From: Octopus sinensis
Lineage: Eukaryota
Assembly (NCBI RefSeq): GCF_006345805.1
Contig: NW_021836134.1
Coordinates: 248,001 to 312,000 of the forward strand
DNA length: 64,000 nucleotides
Direction of reading: 5' to 3'
Part shown: positions 26,640 through 42,399 of the stretch, piece by piece
Position numbering within the stretch: position 1 is the stretch's first letter
How the letters are laid out: the number at the start of each line of letters is the position of its first letter
Notes under the pieces: model-generated
Database searches by the model: none
The model's input: only the letters and a program-made list of their open reading frames with translations
What the model was told of the DNA's origin: nothing
Made by a program: the position numbers and the translations under genes

Positions 26640-27029
26640 AAATTAATTTATGTCGTAGCATGCACATGATTTATTAGGTTGTAGTGTTTCTATATTTGTC
26701 TACACTTAATTTTTTTATTTAATTGGATTCTGAAGGAATGATTTGAGATGTAGTTTCTCTTAATAATTATATTATTTGAAATTTCGTCATTTTATGATAT
26801 TTTTTGAATTTATTCCTTCAATATTTTTTATTTTTTTCACTTTTATGTAACACTATTATTTTTTTCTGCAATCTTTATTTATTGATTGTTTTTATCATTG
26901 TACATTATTTTTCATCTACCTTTAATTTTAATCATGTTTTTCTAATTTTATATTGAATAATCCGGCAAGTTCGTTTGTGAGATGACCATTTGTAGTCAAA
27001 ATGACCCCTGAAAGACATAGAAAACATTT

Positions 27030-27030
<1 letters not shown>
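26640..27030 (-). repeat. Dispersed 250-390 bp repeat family, probably 3' ends of an REL-type LINE. Other copies: 18325-18590 (+), 37120-37390, 46250-46560, 54490-54750 (-)
   Basis: Shared plus-strand core aattggattcagaaggaatatttcg..gtttcttttaat..aaattatctgaaattt. The longest copy translates to GVILTTNGHL, like REL C-termini. Confidence 0.75.
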
Positions 27031-29608
<2,578 letters not shown>

Positions 29609-29667
29609 TAATTATCAGAAGCTGGTGAGGGATTACGCTCATTACCACCGAATAAATTCGAGAGACG

Positions 29668-30957
29668 TTTGTTTCTCATTTACGTCATCATCGTTTTCGA
29701 GGGATTCTTCCACTTCGTCTATTTCAGTGTACGTGTGTAATCAAGAAAATCTGATTGTTCCATTGGATCCAAAATATTCAATTGCTTTATTGTCTCCTCA
29801 TATTTCTCAATCGTATAGTTAGAAGATTGAATTTGCTCTTCACATGGAATCCACTTAGCATGCCTGAAACAATTTTTGATAGTTTCTTCGGTGACTTCAT
29901 TCCAACCAAAATAGATAAATAAAACTCCATCTTTAAGTGTTAAATTTTTGTATGATTCATTAATGCCATATCCGCATTCAATTTTCTGAAGAATTTCATT
30001 AAATTTGAACTTATTGAATTTAGTTTTAAAGGAACGAATTATTCCTTGATCCATCGGCTGCAATATTGTTGAGGTGTTCGGAGGAAGAAAAAGAATTTCA
30101 ATAAATTTTAATTCGATTAATATTTTATGTGATGGGCATTGGTCAATAATTAAAAGAATTTTTTTTCTTTTTTAATTCAATATCCCAATGATAAAGCCAT
30201 TCATTAAAAATTTTTTTAGTCATCCATGCTTTTGAGGAATGACAGTATTTTAAATATTTCTCAATTTTAATGTTTTTAAAACATTTTGGTTTCTGATATT
30301 TCCCAATTATTAATGGAATTTTCTTATCTGATCCGGCCATATTTGTACACAGAAATAGCGAAAATCTACTAATGATTAATAAAGTTTCAACCGATCTTTA
30401 AGGATTTTATTTCCAGGTCGAGTTTTTGAGCAAATGCTTTTTAAAGGAACATTTTTTATAAAAAACACCAGTTTCGTCACCATTGTAAACATTTTCACGA
30501 TCATATTGTTGTAATTTCGTAGATAAAATTATTTGAAATTTTTTAATTTGCTCATTTAGATTTTCAGTTATTGAGCCAGATTCTCCATGGAATAATCTTA
30601 ATTTTAAATTGTTTCTCTGTTTGAATCTGGAAAGCCATCCATTGCTTCCTATAAATCGAGAAAATTGAGGCAATTCGATTTAAGCTAAGAGCCTTATTTT
30701 CATCAATGAAATTTAAAATTCTTTGCTTTTCCTCAAAAGATAACCGAGTACACTTCCGCATGGTTAATAAATGTGGAAATTATTTTATTGTTTTAAATTA
30801 AACCATTTTATTTCAAATTAAAAAATTAAAATAGTGGCGAGTAACTGAAACTGGCGAGTAACTGAATTCTTCTTATAAAATTCGATTTTTCGTTAAAAAA
30901 GTGGCGACTAACTGAGGTGGCGAGTAAGTGGGGTGGCGACTAACCGGGGTTTGACTG
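29668..30957 (-). mobile_element. One-ended pogo/Tigger element
   Basis: SNGWLSRFKQR, NGDETG, SKAWMT, QPMDQGII. A single terminus (minus strand CAGTCAAACCCCGG) ends at 30957. Flanked by a 64-bp duplication. Confidence 0.85.
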
Positions 30958-31021
30958 TAAGTTGATTATCAAAAGCTGGTGAGGGATTACGCTCATTACC
31001 ACCGAATAAATTCGAGAGACG

Positions 31022-31465
31022 ATGGGCCCAAAGAAAAAGGTATCAGGCACGTAGTTACTTCACTCTTCTGTCAGCATGGGATGACAGGTTGCGTATTCAT
31101 TTGAAAGAGTGACGAACTTCACCCTGCATGCTCTCCAATGTCTTCCTCAGAACCACTGTCTGAATATATGCTCTCACTCTTTCTTCCAGCTTGAGGACAT
31201 CAAGATGACCCTTGAAAAATCTTGAGACAATTCCATCCCAGGTCATTACAACAGGGATTACTTTCACTTGATGAATTGCTTCAAGTTCATTTGTCAATAA
31301 GTCATATTTGTGGAACTTCTCAACTTCGACCTGCTTGAGGCAATTTTGTGAAGTAATCCCAACTTAGGTAAGAGTAATTGTATTCCTCATTTTGTCATGA
31401 ACAAAGATATCAGGTTTGTTATTCGCCACAGCTGTATCCGTATTAATCGTAGTATCCACACGAAC
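31022..31465 (-). mobile_element. Dong-like REL 3' fragment
   Basis: VKVIPVVMTWDGIVS..YIQTVVLRKTLES, homologous to 21378-22196. Confidence 0.85.
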
Positions 31466-31488
31466 AATTAGTCCTCATATATATAATT

Positions 31489-31940
31489 TTAAATAATAAC
31501 AGCTATTGTTTCTTTCATTGCTATTTGTAAAAACAGTGTCAATCGTTTTTGTTTACGAAGTGAATTCTTTAATTCTTCGAAGTACTCTAATGGTCTATCC
31601 TTTTTATCCGAATGTTTTCTTGTAAGATGATTCAACAATTTGGACGGTTTCATTGCATCATTTGATAATGACTTATTACACAGTAAGCAGTATGGTCTAT
31701 TATCAGAGGAATTTTTTATAAATCCAAATGCCAAATATTCATTTTTATATTGACGACTTTTTAATGTAGGACGACGATTCATACAAAAACTAGCATGGTA
31801 ATTTTAAAAATTTTAAAAAACAAAGGTTTACCACTTTAAAAATAAACTAACTTAATTTAAAATGAAAAAATTATTAAATTTATTTTCGACCCCTTACGAT
31901 CGATCTGGGCTGATTTTCGACTCCAGATTGAGAACCGCTG
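31489..31940 (-). mobile_element. hAT/Buster 5' end with BED-type zinc finger
   Basis: RQYKNEYLAFGF..PYCLLC..MKPSKLLNHLTRKH. Terminus CAGCGGTTCTCAA at 31940. Confidence 0.85.
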
Positions 31941-31959
31941 ATGTAAACCACACATTCTC

Positions 31960-33150
31960 ACGACTATATAATAATTATATGGACTTAAGTATGAATATTG
32001 AGTAATAAAAATTTATAATAGCATTTTTTAAGCATCTATATTCTCTTTAGGACAATCTGCGTCTCTTATGCTCAACTATCATAGTCGATACATAGAGGTC
32101 CTCGTCCACTCGTATTCCTGATTCAGAAGAATCATTCAGTTGACACTCAATCACTGATTGCTCCTCTTAGGGAATCGATATTCCATGTATTGTCTCCACC
32201 TGCATACTCTCCAATGTTTTTCTTAAAACGAGTGTTTGGATATATGCCTTCACTCTGTCTTCCACTGCGATAGAATCCAGATGACTTTTTAAGAGTCTTG
32301 AGACAATTTCATCCCAAGTAAGTACAACAGGGATTATTTTTACTTTAGCCCGATGAATCCCCCTAATTCATTTGCCAAAAGGTTATATTTGTGGAACTTT
32401 TCCACTTCAATTTGCTTTAGGCAATTTTGTGAGGTAATCCCAACTTCAATGAGTGTAATTGTATTCCTCATCTTGTCATGGACAAAAATATCTGGTTTAT
32501 TGTTTTGAAACAGCCGTATCCGTAGAAATAGTTGTGTCAACTCGAATTTCATTGGCGACAACAGATTGAACTGAGTGAGTTTTTAATTTCTTCATTTTTC
32601 TTATCCCGTATTGGCGGCATAAATGCAAATGTAGACATTTGACAACTTCATTATGCCGTCTCAGGTAAGAGCTGTTCAGCATTCGTCCACATCTGGTAGC
32701 AAGGTGATCAACGGTCTTCTTTGCTGAGTTGCAGTGATTGCATTTATTTTCTCCGTTATCAAAAAACAAATTTCGATCCTGTAGTGAACAACACATTCCT
32801 TCAGTTCTTGCGGAGTTGTTTCCATGAACTAGCCACCCTGCAGATTCATTAACATTAACTTCAGTGTCCTTCAAATACTGGAAAAGAATAGAATGCAGTG
32901 GCTTAGTTTCAATCTGCCTCATTAGATATTCATGTTGAATTTTATCCAACTTCGTTATTGTCAGTTCATTTATATTTTCGATATTGTACTTTCGGGATAT
33001 GAATTCTACGATAGTGGCCATATGAGTTTTTTTTGAATTAACGACCCGTAGAATTCCCTCTCTTCTTAGGCAGTAATCGGCTTTATGCTTCAAGTCATGA
33101 TAAATTTGGAATAGAATTCGTTTAGATTTGTTACTGACACACTCGATTAA
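31960..33150 (-). mobile_element. Dong-like LINE, 5'-truncated (CCHC + REL)
   Basis: LQDRNLFF..CNHC..DHLATRC..RRHNEVVKC, KPDIFVHDK..IEVGIT. Confidence 0.88.
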
Positions 33151-33649
33151 TAGCGAGAGTGTCTCTCTCAGTTGTTCTTTATGTCTTGTGAGTATTTCCC
33201 TCATCTCCGGTTTCGGTTTTTGGGTCATTTTTATTAACTTGTCTAAACTAAATATTATTTAAAATACCTACTTAACATAAGCCATTAATACAGTCAGACA
33301 TCGGTTATATCATAAACGAGGTGTTGATGTTCCTTCGCATCGACACTTAAAAATTTTTCCCCAACAATTTTAAATTTGCACTGAAGTTATATCCGCTCAT
33401 ACTTCTGAAATTAATTTCATGATATTTCACAAGTTGAGACGTTTTATTGATTAGAACAAATTGTCTGTATTGTCACAAAGCCAAACGAATTCAATAAGTT
33501 AATTGCAGTAATTTGTTTTGAATCCCTTAATTATACCGAAGGCTAAATTAATGCTTTTGTATTTTTACCTAACAAAATTCAATGTTTGAGCAATCAACTA
33601 ATCGATTTGACAGTTGATGGTCATTTATGACCTTAAATGACTAACGGGT

Positions 33650-36345
33650 CAAACTACTAAGTAAAGTCAACAAACTAATAAATTCTCCCAGCGAGACGGA
33701 GGGAACAGCTGTTGCCACGCATGACAGCCAGCAGGATCCTCTGAATGAGGAAAGTAAATTCCCTAGGGTCCTTGGACCGCAAGAACAAAGATGTCCCAAT
33801 TTCTTTAGGGAAGTGAGGGTCCCGGAGCCAAAGACGCCGGAAGTCTCGACAACGATTGGCCAAAACCAAAAGTCATCCATCAAAGACTGATATTTCCGGC
33901 ACTTCGAAAGCTCAGCCTTATTAGCACGAGACCCAGCAAGAGAGGCCGATTCGTTGATGAAAGACTTTGAGAAGGTATCCACACAAGTGGAATCCCAGAC
34001 CAAAGGTCTCCCAGAATAAAACGAGAACAACGTAGAGCCGTCCGGCCTTTTCGAGTGAGTCGAGAATGATTCTGTTAATCGCCGAATGGCGTGGAATACG
34101 ACCCGCGCTTTTCTTGCAGGAGAGGGCATGGAGCCCGTATACGTCCATAGTAGATCCGCACCGGCAGGGGTGGGGACTACAGATCGGAAGTCCGAGGCGG
34201 AGGCAAATGCCAAAACGGAGGGCGTCGGAGTCAAGACAGGTGTCCAAATGGGTCGAAGGAAGGCAGTTAAGCCAAGAGCCAGAATGCGGTTGGCGGCTGG
34301 CACGGTAACAAGCCAGTCTGTGCTGGTTCAGGAGAGCCTCCAACGAGTCCGCATGATGCTTACTAAGAATTTTATCCCATTCACGTTGGAGGGACCTATC
34401 AGAAGGGAACTCAAGCCCTTTTTCCTTCCAAAGCAAAAGTGCAGAATTAATATCAGAGTCCAAACGAGATCCGGGCGATTTTTCAAGAATCTTATGGACA
34501 AGAAGATACAATCCTGAAGACGATGAAAGGAAAGCGGGAAGAGAAATGTCGAGAGCCGAGCGGAGCCCAAGCCCACCAAAAGGAACAGGAAGTTTGGCCT
34601 GACGCCAACCGACATCATCGAACTTGACGTTAAAAATAATCTCGGCTGAAGAACGCACCAGAGCGTCAAAAGACTCCAAAGCAGAGGGAACAGAAAAGCA
34701 ACAGGAACTCCTTAGGACATAATTGATCCTCGGAATCAAAAGAAAGTTTTTGAGGATAAAAAAAAGCGGGATGGGGATCGATGTCCACAAGTTTATCACA
34801 AAGAGAAGCAAGAGCATTTCTCTTGGAATCGAGAATACGAGAGACCGATTGGTGGTGGATCGGGGCACCCAGGATTTCAAGTTCAGAATAAGAGGTCTGC
34901 CTCAGATCGGGCAAGAGGCCACGAAACTGGGCAAAAAGGTCTTCGAAGGTGAGGTCTTCGACGTTAAGATTAACGATTTCAGATTTTAGAGAATTGATTT
35001 CAAGACCAATAGATGACAACGCCGGGAGTAGAGATTGCAAGTCGTTTAGCAAAATGTCGGGCGGACCACCAATAGTACAGTCGTCCAAATACCAAATATT
35101 AAGAGGGGACGCAATCCTGCGGGCGACAAAGTCCACCGAGAGGGCAAATAATAAAGGACCCAAAGGATCGCCTTGCTGTACGCCACAGGAAGACGAAATG
35201 AAAGAATCGCCAGCAACCAAGAGGCTCGGGTTACCATAAGAAAGAAAAATGAAGGGCAGCAGAGAAGGAATTCTGGCCTTGCAAACCTCAAGAAGATGCT
35301 TTCTATTGAGCGAATTGAAAGCGTTCTTCACATCCAATTTTAATAATAACTGGGGCCGCTCTGAGAGACGAGCCGATTCAATGAAACACCGGGCAGCGTG
35401 GACCGAGGCCTCGCACCCACCAGGTACCCCCACACCCAACTGAATGGGCTGGAGTTCGTCGCTAATAGAAGGAATTACAAGCTTGCATCCGACCTTTGCA
35501 AACAAGCGACGAAAAACGTTCCCGACGGCAATAGGTCTGATGCCGCCGTCTTTCTTCCCCAAAGCAGACAGGTTCGCAGAGAAGAAGAGCAGTCTGGCAT
35601 GCTCGGATATGTCCCCACGGAGAAATAGGTTACAAAGCTTGGCAATGGATTGAGAAAGACGGTTTCCAGCCTCAGCAGTATTGGAGATGAGGTCCATTAA
35701 GTGAATGGGACGGAGACCGTCAACACCACCACTACTGTTCCCCCTGAAAGATTCAAAGCAAACAAAAGTTGTTGGACAGATGAAGAGGCGATCGAGACCT
35801 CCTCAGGGGTCCGGGCACAAAAGGCAGGGACATCGCCAGCCGGGTGCTTGGCGCTGAGAATTTTGAGGACATCCGGGGTTATCGAACGGACGGAATCGGA
35901 AGACGAAAGAATACGGACCGCAGAGCCGACATCATGCGCCATAAGGCAGGAATTGACACGTTTGCGTAAACGAATACGATTATCTTTAAGAGTAGTTGGT
36001 TCATGGGACTTGCCCAGAAGAGGAGGCAGAATGAAGGAATCCTCCATGAACTTATTAATATTTTCCTTGATGGAAGAGGAAAGGGATTTTACCGAGCCCA
36101 AGCCTTGAACTGGGGAGCCCAGGGCAAATATGGCAAGCAAAACAAACGGTTCCAATTCGGAATGGACTGAACACAAATGACTGACTCGATCAAAGCAGAC
36201 AGAGCCTTCGCCGCGGAAAAAACGGGCAGAACGAGGAATTCTTATAGGAATACGATAGGACGCCCGGTAATCACGAGCGAGTCTTAAGACAGATTGGACT
36301 AGATCTGCCCGAAAAAACGAAGAGAATCGACTAAAAATAGACACT
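33650..36345 (-). mobile_element. CRE-like non-LTR retrotransposon (RT + REL), long copy
   Basis: GIRPIAVG, LDVKNAFN, GVQQGDPLGP, WYLDD, CRCG..HALSC..RH, KRPDG..WD..KY..PIVVETSG. Homopolymer frameshifts and an internal deletion near 34045. Confidence 0.9.
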
Positions 36346-36482
36346 AGTAGAAACTAAATTCATTTCCTACTTTTATTTTTCTGAATAGTTAATTCATATT
36401 TCCTACATTTCCGAAAAAAATTTCTTTCCTTCCCAAGGAAGTAAAATCTATCAAGAAAAACACAAAATTAACAAAAGTGAAA

Positions 36483-36896
36483 TTAACAGTACATTCCATA
36501 TAAAAATTTTCTGTTCATACGCTTCATTTGTCTCAAAATATCATCTCCAAACATAAAATAGAGACATTTAAGATGCCCATATGAAATTCCTTTATGCATC
36601 CAAGTAATAAAGGATCCCTGTCGTACTTTTTTCTCGCAAACCATACACACCTCCTCTTGAGAAAAGAACATGCCCACATTTGGAAATACGCATCCTCTGG
36701 CTCTCGCTTTCGCCCATCTTATAGTGTCCTCGGATAAATAGTCCTTGACTTCGGGATTGTCGAGTATATTTCGGTCATTATAAAGCAAAATCACATCAAA
36801 AATTTTTCTATAAGCCTTAACAATTTTTTCTAAATTTATTATTTAAAAAAGCTAACGATCATCAGGATTCTTGAACTCGGTAAATGGACGAACCAT
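36483..36896 (-). CDS. Orphan 128-aa protein with CxxC-x20-HxxC motif
   Basis: ATG at 36896. A 27-nt GT-AG intron (36830-36856) joins MVRPFTEFKNPDD in frame to the ORF at 36483-36794. Motif CMVCEKKVRQG...GHLKC. Confidence 0.65.
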
Positions 36897-37898
36897 GAAA
36901 ACAAGATGGGAAATGACTAAATCTTGAAATTATTTTATTTGTTTTTATAATATTTAAAAAATAAAAAAAATATATAACTTTATTAAAAATCACGATAATT
37001 CATATTTTCTAAAATATGATACTTTTATTAAATTAAATTTTTTGCTTCTTCAAAGTCAAGGTCCGTCAGTTTCGAAACTGAAGGAAAATCTGCTCATCTC
37101 AGAATTTTGTTAATTATTTTTAATTAAAATAATGTTTATTTTTTTTATTATTGTTTAATTATTTTAATTTTTAATGGAAAACCTAATAAATTATACAACG
37201 TGTAGGCACGGTGTTGTGATATTTTGTCGTACTTTTTCTTTTATTTTCCTTATCCTCCTTAAGTTTATTTTTATATGTAATTGGATTCAGAAGGAATATT
37301 TCGAGATTTAATTTCTTTTAATGGTTAAATTATCTGAAATTTCATCCTTTATGTAATATTTTTTGATTTTATTCCTTTAATCGAATTCTTTTATTCCATG
37401 TCAGATTGACGGCGTTGTAAACTTCTGGTTGTTGTAACTATTCTTTGATTGCTAAAAATTCTTTTATTTATTTCGAAATTTATGAAACACTATTAACTCT
37501 ACGTCATCTTTATTTATTGAGTTTACCCCCATTTTTAAAATTTCATTTCAAATTGTTTAATTTTTTAATATTTTATGTCAAATATAAAACTAAGGTTTTT
37601 TCGACCTAAAACTAGTAATGATCGAGAAGACGTTGCTCCTCACAATCGCAATTATTTTCTGTCCGTGTTGGATAAAAAGATCATTAAAATCCAAAGAATA
37701 TAACCTGATAATGGAATATGTCTATTTATTCTATTTTTATCAATTTAACCTCTGGTTTTTGTATTTTATGACAACTATTTTTCTGTTTTCAAAAATTAAC
37801 TGTTCTAATAATTTACTATTTTTTTTAATTTTTCAAATCGGTGCCCCTAATTGAATCTTTTTGATTTTTCAAGTTCATTTGTAGAAAATTTTGAATTC

Positions 37899-38960
37899 TT
37901 AACGTCTTAGTGGTGTTAAGACGATACCGACAAAGTCAAAAAAGTTATTAAAGTCAAAAAAGTTCAGTTGTTTTGACGTAGTGTGACGTTCGGTGGGCGA
38001 GATCCAACGATTGCGTCTAATAATTCGTCGAAAGCGTTGTCCAAGTGGCTCACTTGCCTTCTCCATAAAAATTCTACACATTAAATCGGAGTATACCAGC
38101 AAAGTATTCACCCATGTAGTGTCGTGCGGTTCCTCTGTGTCTTTTATTGCGCCATTTTGCGCTCCCCCACATTCTCTCAACAGTCTGAGTATGTGCACCG
38201 GTCCTCGGGTCTACAAAATTCCGCCTGTGATTAACTGTAAGGTGCACATATGCAAGAGCATTAAGATCTGGCGTTGAATAACCTATTAACAAGAATAAAG
38301 TAATTAAAATTACCCTTCTATTTGTCAGAGTATATCACTGAACCCGGTGCGATATTTCGCTGTATCGTGGCTGTCAAAGTTCTTTTCGTGCGATCTGGAA
38401 CCATCTCCAGGAAACACTCATTACTTCCTCGACAGATTCCCCCAAACACCCATTGTTGAGGGAGAATCCGTCCTGCATTATTCTTTCTTTTTGAAAACAT
38501 GCATTCGTCTACTTCAACACTTTTTCAAATTCCCAAATAATGTAATATACCAATCAATGTGTTCGGACGATTAACTAAATAATCAGCACATACCAGGGAG
38601 TGAGACGAATTACAAATAGTTTGGCTACTCCACTCCAATTGACGCCGACACCATGAAATTGTGTGTCTGTCAAAGCTCCACATATAGATAAAACGAATAC
38701 ATGATGCTAAGGGCACTGTCGTGCCTTCGAGCCACGTACCTAAAAATAAAGTTCTCTCTTATTATACCGTTTCTGACAGAACTATAAGTTCGGCACTCGC
38801 TTTTATTGCACACCCATGTGGTAGTATCCCGCTGAAGGGCCATGAAATGTCTTTTTTCGCATTTCTTTTCCATTGGTATGATTCCGACCTCCTGTAAGAA
38901 CGTAACTGACTCCATTTCCGACCATGGTAGTTCGTAGTCCTTCAATTCATTCATCCCCAC
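37899..38960 (-). mobile_element. Merlin (IS1595-like) transposase, decayed, with tiny introns
   Basis: SVRN/GTWLEG across a 28-nt intron (38740-38767). VEVDECMF, WVFGG, VPDRT, YSDK*K/GY across a 31-nt intron (38283-38313). HLTVNH..FVDPRTGAHTQTVERMW. Confidence 0.85.
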
Positions 38961-39130
38961 AACGCACTTACAAATTCAAAATTGTATTTAAAAAAATTTA
39001 TAATAATATTTACAAATTCGGCATTGTTCATTTTTTTTAATTTTAGTTCAAATAATCAAAAAAATTTTCCAAAATTAAGTTAGAGCATTATTTCGTGCAG
39101 CATGAAATCTACAAGTACCGAAACATAATA

Positions 39131-39900
39131 CAGTCTAACCTCGGGGTGGGACACCAGTGCCCCAGAAAGTGTTTATGCCGATAATACAATAAGTTGTGCT
39201 TTTTTGCTCTATAGTTTGATAAATTTCCGAGCTTGCGAAGGAACTTTTCAGTCTTTGGACCGAGAGCACCTAACGTCTCCGCCGCTATCGGCACTACTAA
39301 AAACTTCTCCGAAAGGGCAGAATATTTTGATAGCTTTAAATTTTCAGCCTTCTTAGCTGCAGATTTAGCCTCCAGAGCACAAAAAGTTAAATGTGAAGCA
39401 GAAAAAGTGTCCCAGCAGGTTGGATCCCATACGAGGCTTTTTCCCCTTTCAAAAGGGAAAAGAGTCATCCCGTCAGTGCGTTTCCCGTAGCCGCGGTCAA
39501 GACCCGGTGGTTTGAGAACCGAAGGAAATTCCGCCGAGTCAAGGGCCCTCCGTATGATGTCATTCATAGCAGAGTGCCTCGGCAAACGTCCGGCACTCCT
39601 CCTGCACGATAAAGGATGCAGACCGAAAGGATCAACAGTGCAGCCACAACGGCACGTGTGCGGGACACATTGCCTTAGTCCGAGGTGCAGAGAGATTCCG
39701 ATCCTTGTTTGATAAATTTCTATTTTGATTTTTTCATTTGATTTTGATTAATCGATAAATTTTTCCTTTTAAAACATTTTTTTGAAATAACTAGTCAATT
39801 TCAATTTTTTTATTTCTTAAATTTTTTCAAGTTAAAATCTAAACTCATAATATTTTTGGAGTGTCTCAAAAGATCTATTTGCCGAATTTTAATTATTATT
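39131..39900 (-). mobile_element. pogo end fragment (same family as 42951-44866) interrupted by a CRE-like REL fragment at 39228-39706
   Basis: TA|CAGTCTAACC terminus. Insert encodes RHSAMND..KRTDG..WD..KY..AETLG. 14-bp direct repeat gtttgataaatttc at 39214-39227 and 39707-39720. Confidence 0.85.
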
Positions 39901-40039
39901 GTTATATTCTTTTTATAAATTATTAACATTTTACAAAATATGATATTACTGCGGAAAACTTAAATTTCACAACTCTAAAAACAGAAACATTTTCAATGAC
40001 AAAAGGTTAAAAATAAAACTAGAAACAATTGAAAAGAAT

Positions 40040-41420
40040 CGTAAATGTTAACATCGATCGTGTTAGTTTTCAAAACATTCTTTCTCAGTTTCGAGGCCTT
40101 TTGCCCGATTTGAGACATACTTCCACTGCCGATCTCGAAATCTTGGGTGCTCCGATCTACGACCAATCCGCCATCCGTATTCTTAATTCCAAGAGGAATG
40201 CCCTTTCTTCCCTTTGTGATAAACTTGCCGATATTGATCCCCACCCTGCTTATTTCATTCTCAAAAATTATCTTCTGATCCCGAAAATCAATTATGTCCT
40301 AAGGAGTTCCCGCTGCTTTTCTATTCCTATTGCCTTGGATTCTTTCGACGCTCTGGTGCGTTCATCCGCTGAGAAGATTTTTAATGTCAAGTTTGATGAC
40401 GTTGGTTGGTGTCAGGCCAAACTTCCTGTATCTTTTGGCGGTCTGGGGCTTCGCTCCGCGCTCGACCTTTCTCTTCCCGCTTTCCTTTCATCTTCCTCAG
40501 GATTGTATCTTCTTGTCCATATGATTCTTGAAAAATCACCCAAATCAACTTTGAACTCTGATATCAATTCTGCACTCTTGCTTTGGAAGGAAAAGGATTT
40601 CGTCTTACCGTCAGAACGATCTCTCCAACGTGATTGGGACAAAATTATTTGTGAATATTACGTTGACTCGTTGGAGCGTCTCTTGGACCAGCACAGACTA
40701 GCTTGCTTCCGTGCCAGTCGCCAGCCGTATTCTTGCTCCTGGCTTAACTGCCTTCCCACGACCCATTTGGATACCTGCCTCGACTCTGATGCCCTCCGTT
40801 TTGGAATATGCCTTCGTCACGGACTACCGATTTGTAATCCCCACCCCTGCCGGTGTGGATCAACGATGGACACATACAGGCTCCATGCCCTTTCCTGCAA
40901 GAAAAGCGCAGGTCGCATACCTCGTCATTCGGCTCTTAACAAGATCATTCTCCATGCCCTCGAAAAGGCAGGGTATCCTTCTGTCCTTGAGCCAATTGGT
41001 CTTGACCGTGGTGATGGAAAAAGGCCTGATGGCTCGACGTTGTTCGCTTTCGACGCTGGTAAACCACTAGTTTGGGATGCCACGTGTGTTGGTTCCTTCT
41101 CTAAGTCGGCCATCAACGGATCCGCCTCTCTTCCCGGGTCCCGTGCTAATAGGGCTGAATATACAAAATCCGAAAAATACCAGGGCTTGTTAGACGGCTT
41201 TTGGTTTTGGCCAATTGTTGTTGAGACTTCGTGCGTCTTTAGCACAAAGACAGTTGGTCATCTGAAGAAACTTGGCCACCTCTGTTCATTACGCTCCAAG
41301 GATCCTAGGGAATTTACATTCCTAATTCAAAGGATCCTGTTGGCCGTTGTGCGTGGGAACAGCTGTTCCATCCGGCTTGCTGGCCGATTAATTTCTGATT
41401 AATTTCTTATTGAAAAGAAT
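40040..41420 (+). mobile_element. CRE-like retrotransposon, 5'-truncated, intact C-terminal frame
   Basis: 457-aa ORF closely similar to 33675-34960, including LEPIGLDRGDGKRPDG. Confidence 0.92.
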
Positions 41421-42399
41421 ATTGTTCGTTTATAGAAATTAAAATTTTCTGAAAAGATTTCCCGCCCCCATTACGATACGTATCATTTCTCCACTCAAAC
41501 TCAGCCAAGTATGAAGTGAAAAGTTCGCGGGATGTCCCATTCATTCTCTTTAACCTTTTTTTGGCGTGTGACCACTAAGAAACAATTCCTTTGCACCACC
41601 ATGATTTTGTGTTTGCTGGAATCAATTCCGATATCTTGGCCGATTGGCATCATTATCTATCTGTATGTGAAGTACAAGATAGCCTTATGGTGGCCTATCC
41701 TTTTCATTTTTCAATTTTCTGTTTTATTCATTTTTATGCCGCAAGCGACAATGTTTTGAACGCTTCCTTTTTCTTTTTCTCAACTTCTTCATTACTGTCA
41801 TGTTCAAAATCCTCTTTTTGATGTTTTTTCTGTATCATTATTGTTATATCCCATAAACTCTTTTTGATGTTAAGAGTGTTTTGTTCGCAAAGTAAACAAA
41901 AATTTAAGATATTAACCAAACCTCGGTTTTTATGGCACCCCCGCTTTTGGGCCACTTTGATGACCCTACTCGATTTAGTTTGTTAGTTAATGCACGCTGG
42001 TGTTATCAATAAACAGTTTTTTTACTATTCTAGTCGTTGATCTTTCCCAGCTGTTTTGTCCCTTGCTCATCTTCTCATTTCGTCAAGATCGTCGCCATCA
42101 TTCAATCGGTTTCCTAATCCCTCGCAAGTATCCGTGGGAGACATCCTCTTGAATGTCCACTAAAAATTGGATATTCATTATTCCAGAAAAATTCTTCCAT
42201 GGAGGAATTTACTTTGAAAATACCATCAGCCATCATTTTTGAAATCTTTATCGTCTAGTAAAACCGTTCGATATATTTTTTGTCAGGGATTTGAGGTTAT
42301 GGATTCTCCTTGTAACATTTGTACCAAAAGATTGTAATCGTGAGTTGTTTTCACAAAGGAGCGTGACATTAACAACAAACTACAGTGCCTGACAAAAAA

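Noticed and set aside
30830-30945. Repeated GTGGCGA(G/C)TAA motif as a regulatory array
   Set aside because: These are subterminal repeats of the pogo element, like the GCGGATTCGAG repeats at 51087-51180.
34066-36108. Multiple plus-strand ORFs overlapping the CRE element
   Set aside because: Antisense shadows of a GC-richer coding region with no recognisable motifs.
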